64,000 bases of DNA, from contig NC_045697.1 of assembly GCF_009834535.1 (NCBI RefSeq), positions 15,812,001-15,876,000 of the forward strand, written 5' to 3'. Under the pieces are notes generated by a model. It was not told the DNA's origin, ran no database searches, and worked only from the letters and a program-made list of their open reading frames with translations. This DNA is from Camelus ferus (lineage: Eukaryota). How positions within the stretch are numbered: the stretch's first letter is position 1; each line of letters begins with the position of its first letter. A program made the position numbers and the translations under genes. Shown here one piece after another: positions 34,431-49,196 of the stretch.

Positions 34431-37400
34431 TTTTTCTATATTTAACCTGTATTGCTTTAGACTTGGGAGAAGAGAAGAAATAAAGAATTTAAAATATTTC
34501 CTTTTGCTTGAGTAACCTGAACTGTTTGAGACTTGCCCAGATCTCACAATAATTCCCAGCTTTTCACTTTGCTTGATTATTTTGGTACAGCTATGTTATT
34601 ACTTCAAATGGATCTTTCTGTGAAAAGTTTTATTTTTCTGCTCCAACTTTAATTTCTATTTAGAAACCTGATTTTATTAAAGAGTGAAAGTTTAAGTGTT
34701 TGCAACAGGATTCAATTAAAATAGGTCATTCTTGGGGCTCTGAAAATGGTAACTGGCCTTGGGCAAATTGGAACAAAAGTTATAAAATTCAGTTGGATGC
34801 ATCACAACATTTAACATCTTTAAGGAGGATGTTCTGCCTAAAAGATTCAATTTAGAAATATTTAGTGTAGGTCGTCAGCTTAAGCACCTAAAAGATGTGT
34901 TAGTTTGTTTTTTCTCTCGTTAGTTATAGCTGGGATCAGGACACCTGGACTCTAATCTACAAAATAAATTTGTGGTGGGACCTTGAAGAAAGTCAATTAG
35001 TTGCTGTGACTTTACCAGTAGGTTAAAAAGGAGATTGCAATATTGGTGAATAATGTGCTTAAGAGATGTTTGCATAAAAGATGCTTTGTCATTGTAAAGT
35101 ATTATTGAATATTTATGGTCTACCAGACTGAGCCAAATGGCCCAGAGGAAAAAACAGTCAGATTTATGTAAACCTTGTTCAGTGTCCCAGATACTTCAGG
35201 ATGGGTGCTCTATATATGAATGAATAAATAAATGGTGCAAACATTATTTTAAATTTTGAAAGTACATCAATATTATCTGGGGTGTTAGCCAGTGTGCCTG
35301 ACCTTTGACATTGAAATGAAATGTCTGCCTCCAACTAACTATTTCAATCTCATAAATATTTTTTAAAGCCAGAGGAATTGACAGCAAGTAATATTTTCTT
35401 AGAATTTTGTGTCTGCAAATAAAGGTAAATTATATCTTTACCTAAAACCTACAAGAAATGATTGTCTTTCACCCACAGAGTTGCTCTGAGAATTCCCAGA
35501 CTGAAATTGCATATCTTATACTTCTTTCCTTTTCTTTCTTTTAAAAAGTGTTTTACTCACTGTCTGCACAATAGTTTTCTATCAATTTATTGTGATAAAT
35601 CTGAGCCTCAAAGAAATAAAAAAAAAAAAATTAGCCGTAAACACTGCCCAAGGACTTAATGGATCTCACTGAGCCACGCAATGCAGATGTATTGGGACAT
35701 AAACAGGTAATAGGAGATAAGAGGCCCAGAAGCAATTTGTTTGGATTGGGTCACTGCTTAATCCAAATGGGTTCAGCCCAAGAATTCATGAAACTTGACA
35801 GTGGGCCAAGAGGAACTTGCTGTGACATTTCAGACTCCCCCACCTCTTCTAATTAACCATTTCAACTATAACAAAACTTAGATCACATAAAGATTTAGGA
35901 AGACCCATCGGTATCAAGTGTAGACCTGCCTGTGGGGGATGGATGGTTCTGCTCTCCTCAGGCAATGGACTATGACTCAGTAATACCTTAAGCTGGGCTT
36001 TTAATTTCTGTGATGCATTGATTCTGAACAGCATTTTTCTAAAAGACAAAAACCATAGCAGAGCTACCTTAGACACAGTCTGTCATTAAATGTGCTCGGA
36101 TCTACTGCATGCATCTAAATATACCTTGGCAAGTTTCATGAGATATTTGAAAACCTAAATCACATATAGAAAAAGCTTACTATCATGGAGACAATGGGGA
36201 TAATAACAATAACAATAATAGGTGCCTTTTTTAAAAACAACTACTCTTTGCTACCAGACCAGACATTTTACACATTTCCTATATAGTTATTCCTGGTTTA
36301 AAAATGAAGCCACAGATTTAAAGAAGTTTCATTGTTCAGGGTGAATTAGTATATGGGAGTTCTAGAATTTTTTAAAAAATTACAGACAAAAAAATAAACT
36401 CACATTCCTGTTTAGGCAGGTTGTCTGGAATACTTGCCCCAGTTAATTTGTGGGCTCTGCATTCTTTAGGTGCTAATATCTGGACATGACCCACCTCTCT
36501 TCAGGTCAGGCTCTCCAAGTCTGCCTACCCCCAGCTCCTCTCACTTCTCCTGGGAAACAGGAACTAGGATTTAATCCCCAGAGTCATGCCTTAGTATCTG
36601 CAGCATTGTATGATTCATAAATACTTGTTAATACGACAAAAGGCAGATCTGGCTGACTCTGAAGCTTGTGATATTTTGCTAGCTGAAAAGGATGCCATTT
36701 CCATGAATGCCAGATTTATATAGGTATTCTAGAAATGATACGTCAAAATGGAGTTAATTAAAATAAATCGTTTAAATTTAACTGACAAATAGAATTGATT
36801 TATCTGGCCCAGTTCGTAGAATAGATTTGGGGAGCCCATATTTTGCTTAGTTATGTTGTACAATGTAAATCTATAATTCGTGGCTGATAAGAAAATGAAA
36901 ATCAGATTAGTGTTTATAAAATTCTTGGGTTGATTTGCTTCTGGAATTAGGCCAAATTCCCAGGAGTTGAGGTTTCCTGGTGTATTTGACGTCTCACACA
37001 GTGTCACTAGGAAATAACAGATAAAAGCATGCTGCTTTTTGTAATTTTCATACATCAGAGGCAAGAAAGAGTTAAAGGGTTTACTTAAGTCTTGCAAAGG
37101 GTGTTTCTTTTGGGCAACAGCGGTTTGAATGTAGGGCACTTTTTGCATTTTAAGCACTGTTTGATCCCTTATCCCATAGTTATGTAATAAGAGAATTTTA
37201 TTATTACTATCTTTTAAAGGGAAACAGAAAAAAGGCAACTGGAAAAAATGCTTGCCTCCAGCGGGGCAGCTTTTACAGTGGATTCAGTCCAGGAGCCATT
37301 CCTTCTGCCCCAAAGTTCTGGAGCAGGATGAATGCCATTCTCAAGATGCTGAGAGGCCAGATGATGACGGACTACAGGATGAGGAACCGCAGAGCTGTGT

Positions 37401-37652
37401 GGGCAGGATTCTCTGGGCACAGCCAACACGTTGGGTGGTCACTGGCCTGGAGATCCAGCACAGCCAGGGGGTTAGCTAGTCCAGAAAAGAACCAGTGCTG
37501 TAGCCTTTGAGGAGGCCAGGAAGACAAGGTGGGTTCCCAAAAGGACTAGTTACTCTGAGATCTCTTCCTACAGAGAGCATATAGCCTGGAGTCATAGGTA
37601 AAACTACTGTTTATCAAAAACAACAATTAAACGCTGCCTCCAAGCTAGTCAG

Positions 37653-38213
37653 TTTTTTTTTTTTTTAAATTGAAATATAGTTGATTTACAATGTTGTGTT
37701 AGTTTCTGGTGTATAGCATATTGATTCAGTTATACGTATAAATTCTTTTTCATATTCTTCTTCATTATAGTTTATTGCAAGATACTGAATACAGTTCCCT
37801 GTGCTATACAGTAGGACCTTGTTTATTTATTTTATATACAGTGGTTAGTATCTGCTAATCCTAAACTCCTAATTTATCCCTCCATCCCACCTGCCCCACT
37901 CTTTTCCCCTTTTGGAAACCATGTTTGTTTTCTATGTCTATGAGTCTATTTCTGTTTTATTAATAAGTTCATTTTATCATACTTTAGATTCCACATATAA
38001 GTGATATCATATGACATTTGTCTTTCTCTGTCTGACTTACTTCACTTAGTACAGTAATCTCTAGGTCCATCTATGTTGCTACAAATGGCATTATTTCATT
38101 CTTTTTTATGACTGAGTAGTATTCCCTTCTATACATATATACCACATCTTCTTTACTTGTTCATCTGTTGATGGACATTTAGATTGCTTCCATATTTTGG
38201 CTATTATAAACAG
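37653..38213 (-). mobile_element. 5'-truncated young L1
   Basis: Poly(T), then ttgaaatatagttgatttacaatgttgtgttag...tcatctgttgatggacatttag. Confidence 0.9.
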
Positions 38214-38596
38214 GGCCCATCAAGTCCATTTTAAATGCCTTAACTCCAATAAGGCATTCAATAAATTTTCTCAGCAACACTGCCAAATAGGAAGAGATCC
38301 AGGTGTTATTATCATTCTTACTTTGCAGATAAGGAAACTGAGGCATGGAAAGGTTGGGTGAATTCTCTAAGGTCACAGAGATAGTGGGGCATAGATTTGA
38401 ATTAATACGTAGAAAGTATGAATTGAAAGACCACTGAGTGAGTCAGATCACAGTCCTGGATCAGTTTACACCAGCTTACAGTTTTAGTTTCGCTGCTTAG
38501 TATCCCAGCTCTTGGATCTTCTCCAAATCCTTAAACTCAAGGAAACCTCAGATGCTTCATGTTTAAAAGGGGTAGAATCAGAAGGTAGAAAACACG

Positions 38597-39056
38597 TGAT
38601 GGGGTTCAGGACACACTTGCCCAAAACATGGCACCTTGGAAACTGAAGGAGTTTGAGGAAGTGGCAGAAACATGAAGGTCGCTCTGACCTTCCCCCTCGG
38701 GAAGCAAGTCATAAAGCCTTCATGTGAGAGGTATTCTCCCTGTACCTGGAACGAAGGAGCACCCTTATCTCAGAAGACAGAGGGTCACTGAGAAGAATCT
38801 GAATAAGAAGCAGGCCTCGCTAGGTTCCCCTCAATTTAGTACACACAACTGTCCACACTTCATCAAACCTAGAATAAAAATACTGAAGTTTAACCATTTC
38901 ATCTGGTTTCCATTTCCTTATGAAGGCTTCCATGTCATGTGAAGCTTTTATCAAGTAAATTTTGTACACTTTTTCCCCATTAATCTTTGTCAGTTTAATT
39001 TTTAGGCTCAGCCAAGGACCCTTCGAGGGTCATGGAAATTTTTTTCCTTCCCTACA
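38597..39056 (+). mobile_element. Solo ERV1 LTR (MER34-like) inserted in a MIR
   Basis: TGATGGGGTTCAGGACAC...CCCTACA termini; MIR-like sequence resumes after it (tgtaaagtgcttagca). Confidence 0.75.
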
Positions 39057-39797
39057 CCTGTAAAGTGCTTAGCAAAGCGCCTACCCCCTGGTAAGAACTT
39101 AATGAATGATAGCTGTTACTACGACCATGCTGCTTTTTCCAGTATACCATTTCATCCTCCCAGTGGATCTCTGATTAGCATAGTGACAATCAGAAGCTGA
39201 AGCCAGCCTAGATGAATGCAGTGCTCTGATGGATGAAAAGAAGAGTAGAGGTTTTCTTTCAAAGACAGAGAAGAGTGCCTTTCACTAGATAGAGTCATTC
39301 TGTGTATAAATGGCTGGATGCAAAGAGACTTAATTGAAAGATAAAAGAATAATTGCAGTAGAATAGCAGAGGCAAAAGCAGTGAAGACAAAAAGCTGCAT
39401 GTGTTAAACAGGACTACAGTGAATGAAGAGGGAGTCTGAGAAGGCTTTGTAGCTGAAGACATTATGATTATGAGAAAACAAACAAGATGACAAGTACCTG
39501 GTTGGAGCCCAGGAGGTCGTGGCCCAGACCCAGGATTAAATTTCTTCTCACTATTTATTCCTAGAAGAATTGATCACTTCTCTGAATTACCAAGTCAGTA
39601 ATTAACTTATTAATCACATTCTGTTATACATTATATTCATATAGTCAACAAGTATGACACTCAGGTCACCCTCATAAAAGTCAGTTTTATTTTCTTCTCA
39701 CAGTCCCTTTACACTTAACCTAGTGGGGGTGGTTCTTCCCTTCCTTCTAGAAGAAAACACAGGTGGGTTTGGTTTCTCTGGTGGCCTTAAGTCTTAC

Positions 39798-40285
39798 TGT
39801 GTACCAGATATTTTCTATTTGTCCATTGAGACCCACTCTCTACCTTTCCCTGCTCTTGGCCCTGGAAGCCAACCTACATGCCTAGCACTGACCTTTGGCT
39901 TCAGTTTGAACTTGATCAACAGGGAGCATTAGCAGGAGATGGTAGAGTCCAGATGGGAGGAGGGAGAAGACAAAGTATTTATTCTTCAAATCCCACCCCC
40001 CCCCCCATGCTGGATTGCAGCGTGCTGGCTCTACCAAAAGCTCCTCACCTGCCAGGCAGCACTCGGCAAGCCACTGCTCTCTCCAGGCTTTGGAAGCCAA
40101 TTCTGCCCCCAGCCCCTTCCGGGGTGCTAACGACTCCATGCTTTTGCAAGCCTGGAGGTGCTGCGCCATCCCTTGCTGCTTTCCCCAAACCCTGCTCACA
40201 TCGTGGTAGACAGTCCTGGTACGAAACTCTCCTCATTTACCCTGTTTGAGTGCCACCTGCTTCTTGCTGGGACCCTGGCCACTTC
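39798..40285 (+). mobile_element. LTR33-like ERVL LTR
   Basis: gacccactctctacc...ttgagtgccacctgcttcttgctgggaccctg. Confidence 0.65.
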
Positions 40286-40439
40286 GATTGCAAAGCACGA
40301 CCTCATTTTGATACTCAGAATAATTAATCTGTGAAATAGTTAAAACTCCAAATCAAATTCAACGTTCATTCTCTTTCTTAGCTTTCTTGGGGGAGAGGGC
40401 GTGGCCATCTTCTTTTTTCCCCCTGCTTCTCTTATTTCC

Positions 40440-40513
40440 AGTTGTTTACCAAAGCTTCTGACCTGGTTGAAGGCAAGTTGTTTACCAAAGCTTCTGACCT
40501 GGTTGAAGGCAAG
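40440..40513. repeat. Perfect 36-bp tandem duplication
   Basis: gttgtttaccaaagcttctgacctggttgaaggcaa at 40441-40476 and 40477-40512. Confidence 0.97.
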
Positions 40514-43500
40514 GTATTGAAAAGCAAAGTTCTTAAGTTGGTTTCATACGTCTGATTTTGGCAGATATTTAGAGCTGATTCTTTTTCTCATAGACACATC
40601 TGTGGCTTCTTCAGAAACTTCCCCATGGCTGGGCAGTATCTTGGTACCCCAGATGCAGGCAAAGCTGTCTCCGCCAGCCCCCGTCTCTTCCTCTATTCAG
40701 CCTCAGCTCCCATCTGTTGAGGAAAAGTCTGTTCTAAAGCACTTAGCTGCATTAGAGATGTTTGTTTTCAGGTTTTTGCATTTTCTTAAGATAATTTTAA
40801 TAACACATTTCCCCTTAAACCATTCTGCTTTATTTTCTATTTACTCCAAGATTTAGTTAGAATTAAAAAAAAAAACAAAAAACCAAAAACCAAGTGGATA
40901 GATTGGCTTATTCTTTGGTTGTTAAAAATCTTCCTCCCCTCCCTTCCTTCCTTTCCTCTTTTTTGTTTAATTGTCAGAGAATGTAGCCTGCAAGAATTCT
41001 AATATTTATGAATACTTCAAGGGTGTGAAGAAATAATTTTCTGTTGGTGAGTACCAATCCTTGTTTCTCTTGTTTGCATGTGTGTGTGTATCACATGTAT
41101 AAATGTACATATATACATATGTACCTATATGCATAACGTCATACATAGACACCTAGCCATAGGAGAATAAGGGTATAAACTTTGTTAATCAAAGTCTTTG
41201 TCTTTGTCGATTTCTGAGAGAGTTTCTTACTGTGTTAATTAAGTTTCCAGTATATCCTGGCATTTGTGGGAGATTTTTACTTGTATATTTCAAGACTGTT
41301 GTTTGATGCACTAAAGTTCATGATTACTATGTAGTATTGGTGGACTATAATTTTATTAATATGAACGTATTATCTTTGTCCTATTTGATGTTTTTTCTTT
41401 GTACTCATTTTTATATCATATTAATGTTACTAAATTAATTTTTATCAGGGCTTACATGTAAATATTTTCCCCCTCTTAATCTTTACCTAAAACAGGACTA
41501 TTTAATGGGCTTATAATTTTTATGATTACCAATATGCTTCAACTATTTTCTACCATTTTATTATTTTATCATTTCTAGTGTGATGGTTTCCTTTTGCTTT
41601 GTCCCCCCTCTTTTCTGTCTTTTTTCCTTTCTCGTTGTATTTTTCTTTACTCTTTTCTCCGTCTACTGCAATGTTTCCCAATAGGGATGCCATTGGCAGT
41701 TGATCTGGCCATTCCTTGGTGTGTGTGGCTTCTCTGTACTTGGCAGAACCTCTCTGTTGGCCCTGCCACTAAGTATTAGTAGCACCCCAGTCTCTGGGAC
41801 AATCGAAAGCACATGTACCCATTTCCACCTGCCTCCTCCAGTGGCGTGCACTCCTAATTGCAAACCAGTGCTGACCAATTTGGGACTTCCATCTACCATT
41901 TCCTGTCTCTTGTGGTTACTCTTATTTTTCTAACTTGGCTTTTAGTTTTATCTTAGTAACCTATGTGCGTAGTTTGAAGACTCAAATAGTGCTGTGATAG
42001 TTACTGCGCCCAACAACAAAGATCTTCTACGTCACTCCTCTCGGCTTATTTATTTTCCCCACAGCCAACACTTTTGAGTCTTTTCACTTTTTCTAGAATT
42101 TACTTTTATGTTTCTGAATAGCGTGACTATACAGGTTATTATTTAGTGTCCTAGTTGAGAATATAACATATTGACTTCCTGTTGTGTCAGATTAGATTTT
42201 TTTTTTTTTTGGCCTGCTCACAGTATCTACTCACAAAGCAAACTTTCTCTTCTCCATTTTGCTAATGTGGTTATTTAACATTTTGTTTCAATTGTCATTT
42301 AGTTTTTGCATCAGAATTTATGAATATTGTGCACAAGTGAGCCACCTAACGTTCTATGATTGAGTTTCTTTTCTTGCACTGTTTTAATTTTCCTTAGAGT
42401 TAATACTTGTCTTTGTTTTTATTGGCTTCCTACTCTCAGATTCTTTCACTAATCAACCCTACACCATCTGCCAGAAATGTAGCTCACTTCTTGACATGTT
42501 CAAACACATCAGGTACTTCATCAGTTTCTTTTGTTCTTATTTTCTTGGAGACATCCCTTCTGGAACCTCCATCCTCCTGTGCCGTGACAGTGAAACGCAT
42601 TTATTTCCATGTGGTTTGGTGGGGTTTTTTTGGTCACTTTTGAGGCCCTTGTTCCTTCTGGATTAGCTTCCAGCACTCTTTCTAGATCAGAGAGTCTTTG
42701 CTCTCTAAGACTTCAATGTTTCACATAGGATAGTTATATCTAATACTCTTAATGAACGCTAGTTGTAAAAATAAACGATTATTTTTATTTGAAAGCACAC
42801 CAGATCCTAATTTATAAATGGCAGTTACTTAAATTTTAACTATATTTTCTCTTTCAAGTAAAGAATTTACAGTCACTTACAGACATGGAGATACGTTTTC
42901 CATATCTCTGTGAAGCAATGGCATAGTCAACACCAATATTCCTACTTACTATGTTTTGCATACCACACAGAGAGCATTTTAATCAGCACACAGTTTCCAT
43001 GTGCCATTCTTGCTGCTGGAGAGACACAGATAAGTGAGTGAAAACTGGACCCTCCCTTGACAGAGCTCAAAGTGCAAAGGAGGCAAAAGATACTTTTAGT
43101 GATGACTCTACACCATGTGTTATTGGTCCCATGTGTACACTCAGGAGAGTGTGAGTATGGTGGAGAGTCAGAGAGTGCTATGAAGAAGAGGTAGTGTGGT
43201 AATGTCATGCTGGGGGTTTGAAGGAAAGTATACACATACACATACACAAACACACTTATCTATTTTTTGCTTGACATGATTTCCTTTGCACAGAGGACTG
43301 AGGTCTATTTAGTGTCTGCTAGACACTCAGTTGATTTTCATGAGAAGCCAAGGGAGTAGACACCATCCTCTCACTTTACATACAGAGATGTCAGGTAAGG
43401 GGTGGGGACAGAGCCAAAACTCACTGATGCTGGCTTTAGAGCCCACGCTTTTCCCATGACATTTTGTAGCCTTGGAAGTCTTAGATATTTAGGTTTGGAG

Positions 43501-44259
43501 GTAATATCAATATTTTATATTTTTTTTTGTGGGAATCCCTTCTATGTCCTCAGATGGTGAGAATTTCAGAGACAGTTTTATTTTCTTCCAAATTACTTTA
43601 AAAGCAAAATACAGGAGCTTGTCATTTCTTGCCAAAAATATTGCAATAACCTGTGAACTGGATTGGGGCTCCCAGTGCTCTCCTTCTGCAGTTCACCCTG
43701 GCATTGCCACCGAGTTACTCATTCGCTTTTCCCTTATCGGATCCACTGTGATAACTCCTACTCATCTCTCAGCACCTGCCTTAAAAAGTTTTCTTGTGGG
43801 CAAATCTGTCTGCCTCCCAATGATAGAAGTACATCTTAAGTGCTTACTTCTTAATTCTCCCGTAGTGTTTTTACGTTATTTTGTTACAACTCTTCTCTTA
43901 ATGTAGTCTAAGACTTTATTTGTCTGATATCAACTAGACTGTGAGATCCTCAGAGGAAAGTGGATATGTAATTATTATTTGGGAAATGTGTGAAGGTGGA
44001 ACAAAGCACTAATTCAAAAAGGAGGATTTCATTTTGCCCAAGATTCATCAAAGTTGTAGGTAATGAAGGAGTTTAAACTATTGATGTCGGTAAGTGTAGG
44101 ACTGGTGTATCATGTTTAGATGTTCACAGTTATTAGCTATGTGATCTCGGAAAGTTACCCAGTCTTTGTGCTTTTGTTCTTATTGGTAATAATAGTACAT
44201 CTTCTAAGGGTTATCTGTTTAAGGGACTACGGAGATCTAATTAATGCATAGTGAATGGC

Positions 44260-47200
44260 CTTTACTGTGAAAAATGAAATGTATTATAAAATTTGTTGGA
44301 AAAACAATAGATAAAATAGCATTTATAATTTATGTGTATAGAATAAGAAAAAAACGATATCCACATACTCACCATATTTCTAGGACCCCCTCCCTCCAGT
44401 ATTGTCTCCTTACCCCCTTTCCCAGAGGTACCCACTAAAATGAATTCTGCATTTATTAATTCCTTGCTTTTCTTTATGGGTTTTGCATGTGAGAATATAC
44501 AGCTAGACAATTTACTATTTTGCTTTACATGTTCTGAACATAATATAAATGGAAATAGGTTGTGTATATTTTTTTGCAATTTGCTTCTTCCCTCTCAATA
44601 TTATATTTAGGAAATCTATGCATGTTCATCTGTACAAACGTAGTTCATTCATTCTTGCTCCTGCACGGTCTTTCACTGTATGACTGTTCTGTACTTTATT
44701 TATTCATTCACTGATTCATTGTCCTGACAAAGGAAATTTAGGCTGTTTCCAGTGTGGGTTTTTGTTGTTGTTGCAATCATGGCTGTGTATGTCTCCTGGT
44801 CTACATTTGTAGAAGCAGGGTATATGTTATAGTATGTGAATTACAGGGTTCTGATATATGTGCTCCTTCAACTTTACTAAATATTTCCATATTGTTCTCC
44901 AACCAGTAGTGTACAGACATTCCTGCTTTGCAACAGTCTCTCTTAGGCTCAATATTGCCCAACTTTTAAATTTTGTGCCAACTGTGTGATTGTAGAATGG
45001 TATCTTATTGTGGTTTTCATTTGCATTTCCCAGTTTTTACTGATCTACATGTTTTAAAATGTTTACTAGCCATGTGTTTCTCCTTCTGTGAAGGAACTGT
45101 TCACATCTTTAGTCCATTTTTTAATAGTCTTGTTGGTCTTTTTAATTGAAATATCTAAATATAATTGTGGATTTGTTTATTTTTTGTAGTTGAATCAATT
45201 TTTGCTTCATGTGTTTCAAATTTCTGTTATCAGGTGAATAAATATTTAGGCTTGTAAGTCCCCTTAAAAGATGGATCCTTTAATATTATAAAATGACTTT
45301 TCTTATACCTGGCGACATTCTTGCTCTGAAATCTACATTGGTATTAACATAGCTACTTCAGTTTTCTTTGATTAGTAATGGTATATCTTTTTTAACCTGT
45401 CACTATTAACATTCTTTTGTCTTTCTATTTAAAGTGGGTTTCTTGTAGGCAGTAAATAGCTGAGTCCGGTGTTTTTACCAATCTGGTAATATTTGCCTTT
45501 CAACTGGGTTGTTTAGGCTCATTTATACTTAATAATATTATTGACATGGTTAGGTTTAAATCTACCATTTTGCTATTTATTTCCTATTTGTTCTATCTGT
45601 CATTATTTTCTTTCTCCTTTTCTGTCTTTTTCAGATTTTTTTTTTTACAATTCCATTATATATTCTTTTGGCTTATTAGCTATAACTCTTTTATTATTAA
45701 TTTATTAGCTGTAACTCTGGCTTTTTTCTAATACATGCATTAAAGCTTTATTTCTAAATATCACTTAAACTAGATCTCACAATGTTTTGATTTTTTTGTT
45801 ACTTAGCTTTTGTTATTTTCTGGTGACCACTATTATGCCTTCTTTAATCCTTAACTATTCAGATGTAACTTTTCAGATTTCTGAAAGAACAAACTAATGT
45901 TCTTTACGTATTGAATTCTACCATGATTGGTCAGAGATTGGCATCTGTACTTCTCCAACCTTTTGAAATTTATGGTGGCTTTATTTATGGACCAATCCTG
46001 TGCCCGACTTTCATGATATTTTTCTCTGCATGAAGAGTTACATATTTTTAAATTGCAGCATTCATTGTTGTGTAATGCCATGTGTATCGATTAGATCAAG
46101 CTTGTTAATATGTGCCATCCTTATTTTCTCCTGTTTCAGTTGCTGAGAGACATTTTAAGGTTTTAGTATCAAGGTTATTCTAACCACATAAAATGAGTTG
46201 AGGAATTCTTTCTTATTTTTTGGAATAATTCCTGCAAGAGTAGAGTTGTTTTTTATTTGTTTGTTAAATGTTTGATAGAACTTGGGTTAATTGAAATCTC
46301 CCATTGTGGAGATAGATTATCTGTCAGCTTTACATTATGTCAGTTTTTGCTTCACGTATTTTGAAACCAGAGTCTAAGATGCATACATATTTATAACAGT
46401 GTGGTCATTATGTAGTGACCCATGTTACCTCCAGTAATGCCTTGAAGTCCTTTGCTTTTTTTAGGGAGGAGAAGGGCTATCTTTCTCTATAGTTTGACTT
46501 TCAATTTTTTAAATATTCTTATGTCTTAAGTGTGTTGGTAAATGGTATATCACTGGAGTTTTTAAAAAATACAGTCTGACAATCTTTGTCTTTTATCTAG
46601 GGAGTTTAGTCCGTATAATGTTAATGTCTTTCATCCCCTTCTAAACAGTATAAGAACCCAAGACACTTTAACTCTGATTTCTCACTTTGGTGCTTGCATA
46701 TATCCATCCATATTTTTTGTCCAATATTTTAGCTCTATCTGGTTATTCTTTTTGATTCTCACAAAATAAGCATTTTATTATTGTTCCATATGTTAAAAGC
46801 TTGTTTAGATTACCCACATATTTAATAATGTATTTATTTACTATGCTGTCTTTTATAATGTTTGATATTATTTCATAAATTCATTTTCATGCTAATTAAC
46901 ATTAATATAGTAAAATAACTTAAAGAGTCAAAACAAGACTGCTTTAGAAACCATCAGCCCCTCATTCTCTCCCATGTTCCTCTCTCTAGAGGAAACCTCT
47001 TTGAATTCTTTTGTTTAATCGTTTTGGCATTAACTTCTATATCTTGAATAACATGCTTGTATTACTAGTTTTTGAGTTTTTTTTCATGTTATGGGTGTAA
47101 TCTATTGACTTTACCCTGTGAAAGGTGAAGATGAACGCATTTGTCCACTTTGTCTCCCTCTCCCTTCCCATTTTCACTACCCACATCATAATTCCACTAT

Positions 47201-47900
47201 GACAGAGAAGGGGAATCGTTGCTAAGTTGGTACAAAGTTTCAGTTTTGCACGATGAAAACTGTTCTGGAGATGGATGGTGACGGCCGCACAACACGGTCA
47301 GTGTACTTAATGCCATTGAACTGTACCCCTAAACGTGGCTAAGATGATAAGCTTCGTGTTATGTGCAATTTATCACAAATATTCTTGTCAGTTACAGTGT
47401 ATACTGAAATGTTTACCACTGAATGAAGAAGCCTGGGTGGGACAGAGGTGAAACAAGATTGGCAAAAGGTTGGAAACTTCTAAAGCTGAACTACAGGTAC
47501 ATGGGGCTTCATGGTACTATTCTGCCTACTTTTGTGCAGGTTGACAATTCCATAGTAAATCTTAAAAAAAGAAAAACAAACTAGATATTCTAATAATATA
47601 ATATTCTTGAAGAAAGATTTCCCATAGACTATGACATGCTTGAGTGGACTGGTTACTCCTTGGGTTTGCTGCACAGTGCCTTCATTCTAGAGATTTCTGC
47701 TGCTGAATTTCTCATTTTCTGGATCCTAGATCTTTATCTTCCTTGGTTTACATCATTGTTTTGGAAAAATTTATCCTCCAGTAATATCCAATGAGAGCCA
47801 AAATTCTTTCCAATATCCAGTGAGAGTGCTTGTATGTCTGCTAAAATCTTTTTCCACTCTCACACTTAATTAGCGGTTTGAGAGCTGAGTTGTGGTTACA
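44260..47900. mobile_element. Cluster of ancient L1 (L1M/L1ME/HAL1-like) fragments, mostly minus strand
   Basis: T-rich L1 hallmarks (tggtatcttattgtggttttcatttgcatttccc; aagtgggtttcttgtaggcag), plus a + strand L1 3' end at about 47205-47560. Confidence 0.7.
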
Positions 47901-48622
47901 AACATTGAGCCATAACTTTGAGTCAAGCTGCTTGTTTTGTTGTCTCTTCCCTAGGCAGAGCTTGTTTCTTGTTTATTCTGGCACAAGGTGTGGAGTCCTT
48001 GTGCCGTCAGATTTACGTGAGCGTCTCAACATAGGCTGCCCACCTTTGGTGAGCTTTACTCTTTGCTTCTTTTCGCTCTTGTCCTCCATGGCCATTAAAA
48101 TGGAAGCTCACATCACCTGGGCTTCTCAGATGCTCTCAGGACAGAAGCCTGTATCACTCCTCACTGATGCCTCTGAATTACATCTCTCACTTTGTTTTGA
48201 GGTTGCCTAACATCCTGCCAGATCAATGGCACATTTAAAATATATACTTCCTGTATTTCACCCAGCAATCATAATTGTTTGAAGGATAGCTCAAGATATG
48301 TAGTCTCCCTGGAAATGGTAATCTTTTTCCTCATAAAGAACAAACTTTTACAATGTGGACATAATTTTATCCTGAGAAAATCCCTGTTGAACAAATAAGT
48401 TATTAATATCATTCATCCAGGAAAATGTACATTCAAGTTCTAATAATAATGGTCACTATATATTTTTTAATCAAAATTTCAATTATAATGGTTAATTTTC
48501 AAGTCATATTCTAGTTTCTCACAGAAACATGATTGCTTAGATATGCTTCATCTAGCTAGTGTACAGCTAGAATGAGCTACTGCATGTAAGTACATTTTCC
48601 TGCTAACTGACATTTACTTCTT

Positions 48623-48942
48623 TATTATTTATTTATGTTGAAGTATAGTTGATTTACAATGTTGTGTTAGTTTCTGGTGTACAGCATAGTGATTCAGTTT
48701 TATATATATATGTAGGTTATACTATATTAGGTTATTACAAGATATTGAATATAGTTCCCTGTGCTATACAGTAGGATCCTGTTGTTTACCTATTTTATAT
48801 ATAGTAGTTTGTATCTGCTAGCCCCAAACTCCTAATTTATCCCTCCCCACCCTTTCCCCTTTGGTAACCATAAGTTTGTTTTCTATGTCTGTGAGTCTCT
48901 TTCTATTTTGTAAATTAGTTCATTTGTATCACTTTTTTGGGA
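48623..48942 (-). mobile_element. 5'-truncated young L1
   Basis: L1 3'UTR; TSD tga(c/t)atttacttctt at 48608-48622 and 48943-48957. Confidence 0.9.
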
Positions 48943-49196
48943 TGATATTTACTTCTTAAAGTTGTCAAAACTTGTTTTAAGCACTTCAGATGGAGTGTTT
49001 TCCAAAATGTGTAAGTTGTTAGGCTTTGTAAATTGAGTAGCATGGGCATAAGTTGATTCTTCCTTTATCAGTCAGTCCTTGTTACTAGGAGCAGCATGGT
49101 CCAGCGGAAGGACTTGGACATCAACATTAGACAGATCTAGAGACGCATCTTGATTCTACTACTTAATAAGAGTGTGATCTTAGGTAAGTCACTCGT

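Noticed and set aside
36729..37238. 169-aa minus-strand ORF
   Set aside because: AT-rich, non-ATG start, no recognisable homology; consistent with chance.
37252..37510. GC-richer patch with acidic ORF (DAERPDDDGLQDEE), possible processed-pseudogene fragment
   Set aside because: No recognisable protein, poly(A) or TSD; a BLAST search would be needed to revive it.
40441..40512. 36-bp repeat starting GTTG, superficially like a CRISPR repeat
   Set aside because: Only two copies with no spacer, no cas genes, and a mammalian intron context.
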